A stretch of 35,002 nt of DNA from Octopus bimaculoides (GCF_001194135.2 NC_068985.1:68720006-68755007); one strand, 5' to 3'; positions 1 through 10,217 are shown, counted from the stretch's first letter. Notes: generated from the letters alone by a model not told the origin. Made by a program: numbers and translations.

Positions 1-1150
1 TGTAGAGCAATCTTCAGCTGCAGGAAAATGCAGAAAATCACAGTAGAATAGACATATTATAATTGTGGCAACGTTTCAAATCCAAGTGGGAGGAAGAATA
101 CATAAAAATCCATCTTGACATAGCTAAGTCTATCAGGCTAGTAATTGGTTCTAGGCAAAAATTCTAAACTGTCTCTGATTTTATTGTCTCTTATCTAGTA
201 GTAATAGTATGAGGGACAATCACTTCTAAGGAAAGGGAAGGTGTAAGCATTATGCATGGACAAGGCTATAAAATATATGGTTATAAAGGATTCTCTGGTC
301 AGAGTGGCAAACACTCTTATAGGTTGGGGTATTTTACTACTATCAAAATGTTGAGTAATTAAACCCTAGGTATATAGGTCAAAACAGGGCTTTTCCTTTA
401 GTCTAAATAGAGCATCAGTATTGTTTTACAGATATCAATATTAGTTTAACCAATATTTTAACAGTAAGAGGTATGCTAATAAAATAAAAAGCATGAAGCA
501 ATGTTAGTATTGAATTCAGAGGCTAAAGATAAGGTGTAAAGTCTAAGGATATTAAGTATATTGGGTTCATGAAAATAATTTTGAATTATTTAAAAAAATT
601 ATATTAAAATTTTAGCTGATATATATAATAATACTATTTAGAAGACACATAAAATTTAAGCTTTATTTTTATAAGGTGAAGAAAAATTAGTATAGGATTT
701 ATATTAGTTTATGGGTTTACTAAGGTTTAAGGGACAGAAAAAGAAAAAGGATATTAGGAATTAACAAGGACATCCAATACAGGAACCTGATGATTGATTA
801 AAAGTTTCATTAGTCATGGATTTGTTTCAAGATTACCATGGGCTAATTAAAAACTATTAATTGAATAAGGACTAGATTAATTTTTGGCATAAGGATTAGA
901 TTTATTTAAGAAACAATACAAAATAAACAAGACACTTATTTTAATTTTTTGATCACCTAGTTTTTTGGAAGGGTTTTTGTATAATACCATACCATGCTAT
1001 ATTCGCTAAGAATAGAAATCACAAATACTTCATGCCACAGAATAGTCATAAAATAAATACAGGCATAGTAGCAAAAATAGTAGTGAACTATAAAATTGTC
1101 TTACCTCTGCTAAGTTCAGCCAAAGTAATTTGGGTCAATTTTGATACTTA
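1..1150 (+). mobile_element. Highly decayed Ty3/Gypsy-like gag-protease-RT relic (5' part outside window)
   Basis: Collinear degenerate motifs across frames: YYNCG (55-69, zinc-knuckle-like CYNCG), VRVAN (298-312) and TLGI (363-374, protease-like), HPIQEPDD (771, cf. YPLPRIDD), MDLFQDYHGL (816, cf. LDLxxGYHQI), IYLR, KGFCII (969). No intact YxDD and many stops. Confidence 0.45.
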
Positions 1151-1199
1151 GGGTTCGAATTTAGCGCCAGACGGTACCTAGTTCTGCGCGGTCAAAATT

Positions 1200-1525
1200 T
1201 ACCAGGTAACGACTACAATATATGCGTTCCACTACACGCAAGCTTGGGCATGTGTCTTCTACTATAACATCTGGCAGACCAAAGCCTTGTTAGTGGATTT
1301 GATAGAAAGAAATTAAAAGATGTACGGCTTGTGTATATACGAATGTGTGTGTGAATGCGTACGTTTGTGTGTTCATATCCCGTGTCTGAGCAGATCGGTA
1401 TATGTCACCGATAAAGGCGTAAAAAGTATGTACTGGAATCAATTCAATCAACAAAGTATTTTCGAAGGTGGTACCCCAGCAGTGAGGGGAGTCTTAATAC
1501 GGAAGTAAGTAAAGCAAAAGATAAA
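1200..1525 (+). mobile_element. Decayed composite tRNA-derived SINE (body, internal TG-rich tract, tail module)
   Basis: CTTGGGCATGTGTCTTCTACTATAAC...CCAAAGCCTTGTTAGTGGATTTG matches the copies at 2651, 7484 and 7716. The tail (GAAGGTGGTACCCCAGC...AAGTAAAGCAAAAGATAAAA) matches 8000-8192. Confidence 0.65.
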
Positions 1526-1689
1526 ACATACATATGCATATATGTACATCTATGTAGACCTTTATTGTATGAAATCTGCGTGCATATGTATCCAAACCAA
1601 CCAAACTTTTCCATTCTATGAGAGATAATGTTTACACGATATGAAATATATCTTAGTATATTTGCACTAAATATATACATATGTATATA

Positions 1690-1706
1690 AGCGCATGAAC
1701 ACACAA

Positions 1707-1747
<41 letters not shown>

Positions 1748-1815
1748 AAAAAATATATATATGTGCATGTGTATACATATATATATATACATACATATAT
1801 ATATATATATATATA
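1690..1815. repeat. (CA)n then (TA)n microsatellite
   Basis: Direct reading; runs into an N gap. Confidence 0.95.
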
Positions 1816-2636
1816 NNNNNNNNNNNNNNNNNNNNNNNNNNNNNNNNNNNNNNNNNNNNNNNNNNNNNNNNNNNNNNNNNNNNNNNNNNNNNNNNNNNNN
1901 NNNNNNNNNNNNNNNNNNNNNNNNNNNNNNNNNNNNNNNNNNNNNNNNNNNNNNNNNNNNNNNNNNNNNNNNNNNNNNNNNNNNNNNNNNNNNNNNNNNN
2001 NNNNNNNNNNNNNNNNNNNNNNNNNNNNNNNNNNNNNNNNNNNNNNNNNNNNNNNNNNNNNNNNNNNNNNNNNNNNNNNNNNNNNNNNNNNNNNNNNNNN
2101 NNNNNNNNNNNNNNNNNNNNNNNNNNNNNNNNNNNNNNNNNNNNNNNNNNNNNNNNNNNNNNNNNNNNNNNNNNNNNNNNNNNNNNNNNNNNNNNNNNNN
2201 NNNNNNNNNNNNNNNNNNNNNNNNNNNNNNNNNNNNNNNNNNNNNNNNNNNNNNNNNNNNNNNNNNNNNNNNNNNNNNNNNNNNNNNNNNNNNNNNNNNN
2301 NNNNNNNNNNNNNNNNNNNNNNNNNNNNNNNNNNNNNNNNNNNNNNNNNNNNNNNNNNNNNNNNNNNNNNNNNNNNNNNNNNNNNNNNNNNNNNNNNNNN
2401 NNNNNNNNNNNNNNNNNNNNNNNNNNNNNNNNNNNNNNNNNNNNNNNNNNNNNNNNNNNNNNNNNNNNNNNNNNNNNNNNNNNNNNNNNNNNNNNNNNNN
2501 NNNNNNNNNNNNNNNNNNNNNNNNNNNNNNNNNNNNNNNNNNNNNNNNNNNNNNNNNNNNNNNNNNNNNNNNNNNNNNNNNNNNNNNNNNNNNNNNNNNN
2601 NNNNNNNNNNNNNNNNNNNNNNNNNNNNNNNNNNNN
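1816..2636. other. Assembly gap (N), flanked by (TA)n on both sides
   Basis: Run of N. Confidence 1.
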
Positions 2637-2650
2637 TATATATATATATA

Positions 2651-2785
2651 TATGACAGGCTTCTTTCAGTTTCTGTCTACCAAATCCACTCAAAAAGCTT
2701 CGGTTGGTCCGAGGCTATAGCAGATGTCACTTGCCCAAGGTGCCACACAGTGGGACTGAACCCGGATCCATGTGGTTCGTAAGCG
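2651..2785 (-). mobile_element. tRNA-derived SINE, body
   Basis: GGCTTCTTTCAGTTTCTGTCTACCAAATCCACTC...CACTTGCCCAAGGTGCCACACAGTGGGACTGAACCCGG. The reverse strand has the B-box-like GGGTTCAGTCCC; homologous to other copies in the window. Confidence 0.8.
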
Positions 2786-2964
2786 TCTACCTGTTAAATG
2801 ATACGGGAATGTTTCTGTCAACATATTTTCTCTGAGAAGGTAGCAAGTTATCGGGGGAAACATCCATCTGATGACTCCATCCTCTTTTTCTGCACAATAG
2901 AACTATAGTTGGCGTCCATTTAAATTTTACATACTTCACCTACGATCAAAAGATATAGCCTATT

Positions 2965-2990
2965 CATACACACACACACACACACACACG

Positions 2991-3024
<34 letters not shown>

Positions 3025-3195
3025 CGCACGCACACACAGATATACATACATACATCCTTACATACATTTTCATACATACATGTATGTATAGATACATGTA
3101 TATTTAACTATGCGTTTGTGCGTGTGCATGTGTGTGCGTGTGTGTGTGTGTGTGCGTGTGCGTGTGTGCGTGTGTGTGTGTATGTGTGTGTGATT
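2965..3195. repeat. Imperfect (CA)n and (TG)n microsatellites
   Basis: Direct reading. Confidence 0.9.
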
Positions 3196-3539
3196 CCGAG
3201 CGCTCACATCGGCTTGCTTTGAATGTATAAGCTTTTCCGGCATCCGACAGCCTGTACACACGTGCTTACGAGGCCGCTGAGATTGTTGAGTTAATGGTTG
3301 TCTTCTACTGTCAATAGGAAAACCAGAAAACAGAAAAAAAGAAAGGAAGCATATATTTTTCTGTTCTTGCTATTTGGAGAGGCTGTTTTGAAAATGTACA
3401 GAAGGGAGTTGTTATTTATGTGAGAGACACGTGGGGAGAAGCGTTCAGTTATTAGAGATTACCATCGTTTAGTTGATCTAACTCCAGCGAACATCGTAAT
3501 GCAAAGCATATTTGAGAAGTTTGAAAATGATAGAGAAAT

Positions 3540-4200
3540 GCCACAATATGTCTGGGGACCGGATTGTAATGTGTTTCTGTGCGACTTTATGCGAATCATC
3601 TAAGGCCATTATTACTTTCTTTCTTTGAAGTATTTTTTTTAATGACTGAATATGTAGAAATCATGAAGTCAGCTGTTGAAATATTAAGCAAGGTGTCCTA
3701 TTGGATATTGATAAGTTTAAGTTGTTGCCTGTGGGTAAGGTATTTAAAGGATCTGAACAATTCAGACAGTTTTATGAGGAAATTTTGATAAGTTAAATAT
3801 TGGCACTCGCGAGTGGATATCCTCAGTGATGGCGAGGTCGAGCACTTCTTTCATTAATGCGGATTCTGTAAGCATGTAGTCATATACTAGTATGGGACAC
3901 ATATGAGCAGAATACGTTCTGGTGCTACTGAAAAAGCAGGTTTGGTATGAGATATTTTGATGAAGCTTTTGAAATTTTAATTCATGTAGACAATGCAGAG
4001 CTTCAAATGGACTGGAAGTGCGTGGCTGTATGATGAGAACTCAGTATGACTATTTTGGATAAATCGACATAAGTGTTGATGTTGACGGTCAGTTAAAGAT
4101 AGGGCCTCGATGTGAAAAAGAGATCAACTCTAGACATGCACTACCAACGATCCTAAAATTGTAGATATCCGGGCAGCTATCCTTTGAACAATAGGTACTT
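3540..4200 (+). mobile_element. Possible very decayed Penelope-like RT remnant
   Basis: Weak collinear motifs across frames: SGDRIV (cf. GRPIV), LLDIDK (about 3700), TSMG (about 3888), RYFDE (about 3948), ILDK (about 4050). Spacing is roughly PLE-like but residue matches are poor. Confidence 0.3.
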
Positions 4201-4431
4201 GGAAAAAGAATCAGTGTACCAGGTTTGCATTACGGATTTCAACGGAACAACAAAAAACTTACATTATTGCGAACACTTCAAACATGTATGCAGTATATAT
4301 ATATAAACAGGATGAACAGAGGAACCCTCATTCGATTCTGTTAGCAAGAGGATCTGATTCACAAAATATTTATGATGTATATTTTCGAAACAAATTCCAT
4401 AATATAGCACATCCTAAAATCCGCATGAATC

Positions 4432-4510
<79 letters not shown>
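4432..4510. repeat. (TA)n then (TG)n microsatellite
   Basis: Direct reading. Confidence 0.95.
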
Positions 4511-4512
<2 letters not shown>

Positions 4513-4514
4513 AT

Positions 4515-4660
4515 ACGGGATTTCAGATGTGCTATATTGATGGAATTTGTTTCGAAGATGTACATCATTGAGAAAGATACAGTGTGAAGGACGAGGAGTG
4601 GGCTCTGTTTATAGTGTATAGGAAAGACAGATGCTACCAGTCCTTCCTGCTAATAGGATC
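4515..4660 (+). mobile_element. Possible Penelope-like RT fragment (FLDV...VYRK region)
   Basis: One frame reads GFQMCYIDGICFEDVHH*ERYSVKDEEWALFIVYRK, resembling the PLE pattern FTxExxDGxLPFLDVxIxR...VYRK. Confidence 0.3.
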
Positions 4661-5756
4661 CTAAGAAGACACATTTGTGCACTGGTTCACTCTGCTACAC
4701 TCATCACCGAAATCACTATCAAATAACACCATATCTTGGTAACAAAATAACTCATTGAATGTTGTCTTAAGCACACTGTAACTGAAAAGAAATGGCCCAA
4801 GTTAGAATACTTAAAATTCTGCCAGATGGATGCCGAAGCGGAATTAGACATTGATTATTATAAATCTCTGCCCTAATATGTTTTTTAGAATACATAGAAA
4901 CGATGCGCATGCTTAAATTCTATATCTTTAAATAAAATCGCCCGCAAAGTAATCGCATGACGCCATAATGGTATGTGAAATTAAGGCACCTTCTGAAGGA
5001 AACAAACGTAAGGAGAACTAAATATAGAGCACATTTTACTAATAAGATAAATTTTGACAGATTACTAGACTATGAACCCAAGTCGAGGCTGAGGCACATA
5101 ACGAACTTATAAATTGCATTCGAGATGAAACTCTCTGATACACTTCAATAGGTGTTTCTAATACGGTTTTGAAATACGAAATAAATGATGTTTCTCCGGG
5201 GTATCGTCTTAGTTTCTACCGCAAGCAACACACTCTCTGGTGTATCCATATTTATTTGATAGAGTATGATTGGCTTAAGAAAATTTGGCTACTATTTCTA
5301 GCCGACGTAGGAATTTCACAATTCCTCACATTTCGATCAAATATACAGAATGTATTATAAAAATTTAGCGCAGAAGTTTCTGTAAGAAAATGAAGAAGTG
5401 GTTAAGAAATGATGAACTATTTTGTTGTGATAAATACAAACATCATTTTTCGTTGTATATGTTTATCATTTCATTCATTTCGTGTTTTATTGTCTCGATA
5501 AAATTTAAAGGAATATATCAAACATTCTGTAACTACATACAAAGATGTACATACACACACACACGCACACACAGAGACACATACATACATATGCACACAC
5601 TCAGGCACACACATACATATAGATAGTACTGATATACCTACCTATAAATATATATATTGACGATTATACATATATATATTTATCCCAAAATATCTGTGTA
5701 TATACATATGTATATATATATATGTATATATATATGTATATGTGTTTATATATATG

Positions 5757-5795
<39 letters not shown>

Positions 5796-6712
5796 NNNNN
5801 NNNNNNNNNNNNNNNNNNNNNNNNNNNNNNNNNNNNNNNNNNNNNNNNNNNNNNNNNNNNNNNNNNNNNNNNNNNNNNNNNNNNNNNNNNNNNNNNNNNN
5901 NNNNNNNNNNNNNNNNNNNNNNNNNNNNNNNNNNNNNNNNNNNNNNNNNNNNNNNNNNNNNNNNNNNNNNNNNNNNNNNNNNNNNNNNNNNNNNNNNNNN
6001 NNNNNNNNNNNNNNNNNNNNNNNNNNNNNNNNNNNNNNNNNNNNNNNNNNNNNNNNNNNNNNNNNNNNNNNNNNNNNNNNNNNNNNNNNNNNNNNNNNNN
6101 NNNNNNNNNNNNNNNNNNNNNNNNNNNNNNNNNNNNNNNNNNNNNNNNNNNNNNNNNNNNNNNNNNNNNNNNNNNNNNNNNNNNNNNNNNNNNNNNNNNN
6201 NNNNNNNNNNNNNNNNNNNNNNNNNNNNNNNNNNNNNNNNNNNNNNNNNNNNNNNNNNNNNNNNNNNNNNNNNNNNNNNNNNNNNNNNNNNNNNNNNNNN
6301 NNNNNNNNNNNNNNNNNNNNNNNNNNNNNNNNNNNNNNNNNNNNNNNNNNNNNNNNNNNNNNNNNNNNNNNNNNNNNNNNNNNNNNNNNNNNNNNNNNNN
6401 NNNNNNNNNNNNNNNNNNNNNNNNNNNNNNNNNNNNNNNNNNNNNNNNNNNNNNNNNNNNNNNNNNNNNNNNNNNNNNNNNNNNNNNNNNNNNNNNNNNN
6501 NNNNNNNNNNNNNNNNNNNNNNNNNNNNNNNNNNNNNNNNNNNNNNNNNNNNNNNNNNNNNNNNNNNNNNNNNNNNNNNNNNNNNNNNNNNNNNNNNNNN
6601 NNNNNNNNNNNNNNNNNNNNNNNNNNNNNNNNNNNNNNNNNNNNNNNNNNNNNNNNNNNNNNNNNNNNNNNNNNNNNNNNNNNNNNNNNNNNNNNNNNNN
6701 NNNNNNNNNNNN
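5796..6712. other. Assembly gap (N), flanked by (TA)n
   Basis: Run of N. Confidence 1.
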
Positions 6713-6925
6713 ATATATATATATATATATAAAGAGAAAAACAATTAGTTTTAAAACTCTGAGCGAGATATATGCAGTAAACAGTACCGAACAGTAAAGT
6801 CTATTTGCCAACACGATGTGGCAGTCCTACACAGGACGATGTTGGCACATTTTAGCGCTTGGAAAACAACTTTTCCAGCTGACTACCGGCACATTGTCTG
6901 TGTCCCTATACTATAAGCAAAGAAG

Positions 6926-6990
6926 TTTATTACTGGTCTTAGCCAATTGCTTCTGGGTTATTTCCCTTCCTCAGTACTGGACAATTAGGG
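6926..6990 (-). ncRNA. Degenerate minimal (PLE-type) hammerhead ribozyme motif, probably inactive
   Basis: Minus strand reads GTCCAGTA CTGAGGA A GGG-AAATAA-CCC A GAAG CAATTG GC TAAGAC CAGT AATAAA: CUGANGA core, stem II, palindromic CAATTG. GAAA is changed to GAAG and GUC to GGC. Confidence 0.3.
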
Positions 6991-7083
6991 TCTGAAATAT
7001 GGCTAACTAATTTCGTAGTTACGTGTCCATAAAGAGACAGGTTTATCCTTCTTCCAAAGTCACCTTTGTATATACGTACTTAC

Positions 7084-7317
7084 TGTTATGGCGAGTATCA
7101 TGACATCCGCTGTGAGGCTGTACTAGCCGAACTCGTATCAGTAGTAGTATGTTTGACTGAGCCAGAGTGATGAGAGATCGCAGAAAGTCGAAAGGTGTTA
7201 TTCGTGAGTTCGTGGAGTAGCAGGGAATTGTTGAGAAGTTGTTATAGTTTTTTGAGAGTTTTTGGGGGTTGATTATAGTTCTTGGCAGATTATTTGGAAA
7301 TAAATCAAGTGGCGACA
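7084..7317. mobile_element. Candidate solo or isolated LTR
   Basis: Starts TGTTATGG and ends GTGGCGACA (TGT...ACA), with AATAAA at 7299-7304. No target-site duplication found. Confidence 0.35.
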
Positions 7318-7483
7318 GTTGGTTTCTACCCCGTTATGTTGTACTGTATATCACACTGTGTTAGTGCGTGACACTAGAGTGATATAGAGAAACCACGTTA
7401 TAAAACTTACATACGTACAAATATACATACATGTGGGTGTGGAGGACAAACACAGAATACACAGATACAGTGACACACACCTA

Positions 7484-7640
7484 CGATGGGATTCTTTCAG
7501 TTTCCGTGTACTTAATCCACTCACACGTCTTTGGTCTTCCTGAAACTGTAGTACAAGAGTTTTGCCCGAGGTGCCACGCAGTGAGACTGAACCCGGAACC
7601 GTTTTGATGGGAAACTAGCTCCTTGCTACGCAGACAGGCA
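7484..7640 (-). mobile_element. tRNA-derived SINE, body
   Basis: TTCTTTCAGTTTCCGT...AATCCACTCAC...GAGGTGCCACGCAGTGAGACTGAACCCGGAACC; same family as 2651-2785. Confidence 0.8.
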
Positions 7641-7715
7641 TGCACTGAGTTCATGACAATAGGTAGCCGAATACTGTGGACGGCCTTTAAAAGGCATACT
7701 ACATAGTTTATACCT

Positions 7716-8192
7716 GATGTGTTGTAAGAAGCTTGCTTCCCAACCATATGGTTCCGGGATCAGTTCCACTACGTGGCACCTTCGGAAAGTGATTACTACA
7801 ATAGCCTAAGGCAGATCAAAGCCTTCTGAGTGGATTTAGTAAATGAAAACTTAAAGAAGCCAGTCGTATATATGTGTGTGTTTGTGTATGTGTGTATGCG
7901 TGCGTCCGTGTGTGTGTGTGTGTGTGTAAGTGTGTGTGTGTGTTTGTGTGTGTCTGTGTGTATGCGTATGTGCTTGCGTGTTTCTGTGTGTGTGTTTAAC
8001 CCCATTCCCGATTTAACCTCAGCAGTTGATGTGTTTACGTCCCCGTAGCTTAGATGTTCGGCAAATAAAGCTGATAGGATAAGTTACAGGATGAAAAAAA
8101 CAATGCACTCGACTTATTTGACTGAAAATCTTCAAGGCGCTTCCCCAGCACGACCATATTCTAATGATTGAAACAAGTTAAAAGATTAAAAA
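7716..8192 (+). mobile_element. Composite tRNA-derived SINE with internal (TG)n tract
   Basis: Head/body GTAAGAAGCTTGCTTCCCAACCATATGGTTCCGGGATCAGTTCCACTACGTGGCACC...GAGTGGATTT (7716-7866), TG tract (7870-7995), then tail TGTGTTTACGTCCCCGTAGCTTAG...ATGATTGAAACAAGTTAAAAGA. Confidence 0.8.
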
Positions 8193-8589
8193 TGGTAAAA
8201 AAAAAGATACATATTTTGAGCACACTTAATGTATTTACTTTTCCTGAGTTTACAATTTTTTTGTATTATACATATTTACACACACGCACGCACGCACACC
8301 CACACACACACATATATATATGTGTGTATAAACACATATACATACATACATATGTACATACATGCACGTACATATATAAGAGGAATAACCACCATAGCAG
8401 ATTCCTAATATACTAGAAGACACTAAATCGTTTAACCAATTTTATATATATGTAGCGAAATTCCAACTTAGTCCAATTTTTACATGTTTTGTACTTTATA
8501 ATATATTACAATGTTATTTTTTTTTAGTATTTTTATAATATTACATATTCCAATATTACGCATACTTCCATATTTTTATCGCTCTTTAG

Positions 8590-8724
8590 GAGCTTGTTGC
8601 ATTTGACAACCTGGAGGAAATGACTGAATTTTTCATTGAAATACTTCCTGATAAGGTCCAGCAGGCTGTATTTTATGGACACGATCTTAATCATTCAGCC
8701 TGCAGATTAGACGTCACAGCTTAA
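8590..8724 (+). CDS. Candidate terminal coding exon of an unidentified host gene: ELVAFDNLEEMTEFFIEILPDKVQQAVFYGHDLNHSACRLDVTA*
   Basis: Strong acceptor CATATTTTTATCGCTCTTTAG|G. A 44-codon open frame starts exactly at the acceptor and ends at TAA 8722-8724, with protein-like composition and no TE motif recognised. Confidence 0.5.
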   Translation, partial: ELVAFDNLEEMTEFFIEILPDKVQQAVFYGHDLNHSACRLDVTA

Positions 8725-8929
8725 TGAAAGCGGTAACTAAGTTGACATGCAGTGCACTTATAGGAACATTTTAACTAATGAGAATCATTGATAGGGAATG
8801 CGGCTACTGTCAGTTGTCCAGAAGCTTTTGATGTTGAAAAATGTAATCCGGTCTTAAATGTATTTAAATGAAATAATATGTTAATTCGAATTAATAACAC
8901 CATCAATATTTACACAGTTTTGACTAAAA

Positions 8930-9965
8930 TTCAATTTAACCAACATTGTTATTATTATTGTTTATATTATTTTCAATTCTTAACGGGTTTTTCGCTGTTC
9001 CGTAAAATTCTTTTCCCTTAATCTTTTTCTCTCCACTTGAATAGTAAAGTGTGTCAATAGGGAATATTATGAACATTTCATTACGGAATGTTTCTAAACG
9101 ATTGCTTAATGAGATTAGAGGGACATACGGTCTCAGATTTGTTGTCATTATGCTCGCGTACATTCCAATAATGTTGCAATAATGATTTTCCTGCCTTTCT
9201 GATATATATTCGTTCGCAATTTGGGAATTTGATGCCGTGAACTAATATTGCATTCGTCCGGCTTATGTGTTGTAATACTGACCAGTATATCACAACTGCC
9301 ATGTATTCCACCAATTATCGTTGTATTTGCATACCATATTTTGTCATTGTTGTGTAGGTTCAATTTCACAGTTGTTAACAATTCCTTCTAATTTTTTGTT
9401 ACCTTTTACTTTCAACAAAAATACGATCATTAAGTAATTTTATTTAGTATTATCGCTTGATGAAATGAAATTTGATTTGGCGATATTAGAATTATTTTGA
9501 CAACATGGATTGTATTAACTATAACAGGTATGCTACTCTGTAGGTATTTATTTATCAGCTTGTATGACATTTCTTTATATTCAGGGGTGGAGATTTTCTT
9601 TATGGACTAAAACACATTTGATGTCTGTCAGTCGTCTACCCTTGGTATCTACATAATCTACATCGTCAAGGATTGTGTAAAGTTTCTTGTCTTGACAATA
9701 TGACATATTACGTTTTGTATGTACTGGATGGATGACAAAAATTTCAACTACAGAAATGTTTCAATGACTTTATAATGCAATCTTTGTGATGTAGGTACCA
9801 TTTTTGAATTGCATTAATATCCAGAAACAATAAGTTTTTATTGCTCATCTCCGTTGTGAATTTTAAAGTCGGATGTAAATTGAGTCGAATTTGAATTCTT
9901 CAAAATAGATACAGTTTTTCTCCAAATTAGGGAACACATGTCAAAATAGACTTCCCGTGCGTCCA
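8930..9965 (-). mobile_element. Penelope-like element, 3' part (RT C-terminus, thumb, GIY-YIG endonuclease), decayed
   Basis: Minus-strand collinear motifs: EVYFDMCSLIW (cf. RYLDDCFIIW, 9951-9922), STQFT, LLFLDI (9834-9816), HPVHTKRNMSY (cf. HPxHTKRNIPY, about 9730-9700), IKFPNCERIYIRKAG (GIY-YIG-like, about 9235-9190), FIIFP...KEF. Confidence 0.8.
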
Positions 9966-9989
9966 TTATAAATCTAAATCGGTGAGTTT

Positions 9990-10099
9990 TCTTCACAACA
10001 CTTCTCTTTCTTTCTCTCACTATCTCTCTCACTGTCTCTCTCTCTGTCTCTTTCTGTCTCTCTCTCTCTCACTGTATATATGTATTTATAATATATATA

Positions 10100-10130
<31 letters not shown>

Positions 10131-10183
10131 ATCTATATATCTATCTATCTATCTATCTATATATCTATCTATCTTTCTATCTA

Positions 10184-10217
<34 letters not shown>

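Noticed and set aside
560-1010. PLE-like words on the minus strand (LANI, VPVLDV, KP...YTNF) and YIGQ on the plus strand near 370
   Set aside because: No AMG or YxDD equivalents, and they conflict with the more complete plus-strand Gypsy pattern. Treated as chance, but an HMM search should test both.
3-1150. Plus frame 3 reads smoothly if TAA/TAG are taken as Gln (alternative genetic code, e.g. a ciliate contaminant), and contains a GHP motif like mononegaviral L proteins
   Set aside because: Stop counts (about 30 in 380 codons) match what the base composition predicts and are similar in another frame. In-frame TGA also occur. Gypsy-like motif order explains the region better.
1-1150. Possible NUMT (CpG-poor, skewed, hydrophobic minus-strand reads; ISHGFVS resembling ND4)
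   Set aside because: No sustained open frame in the invertebrate mitochondrial code and no convincing mitochondrial protein or rRNA motif.
4757-4885. Protein-like 41-codon frame LIECCLKHTVTEKKWPKLEYLKFCQMDAEAELDIDYYKSLP
   Set aside because: No good acceptor, no donor and no recognised motif; cannot be distinguished from chance or TE debris.
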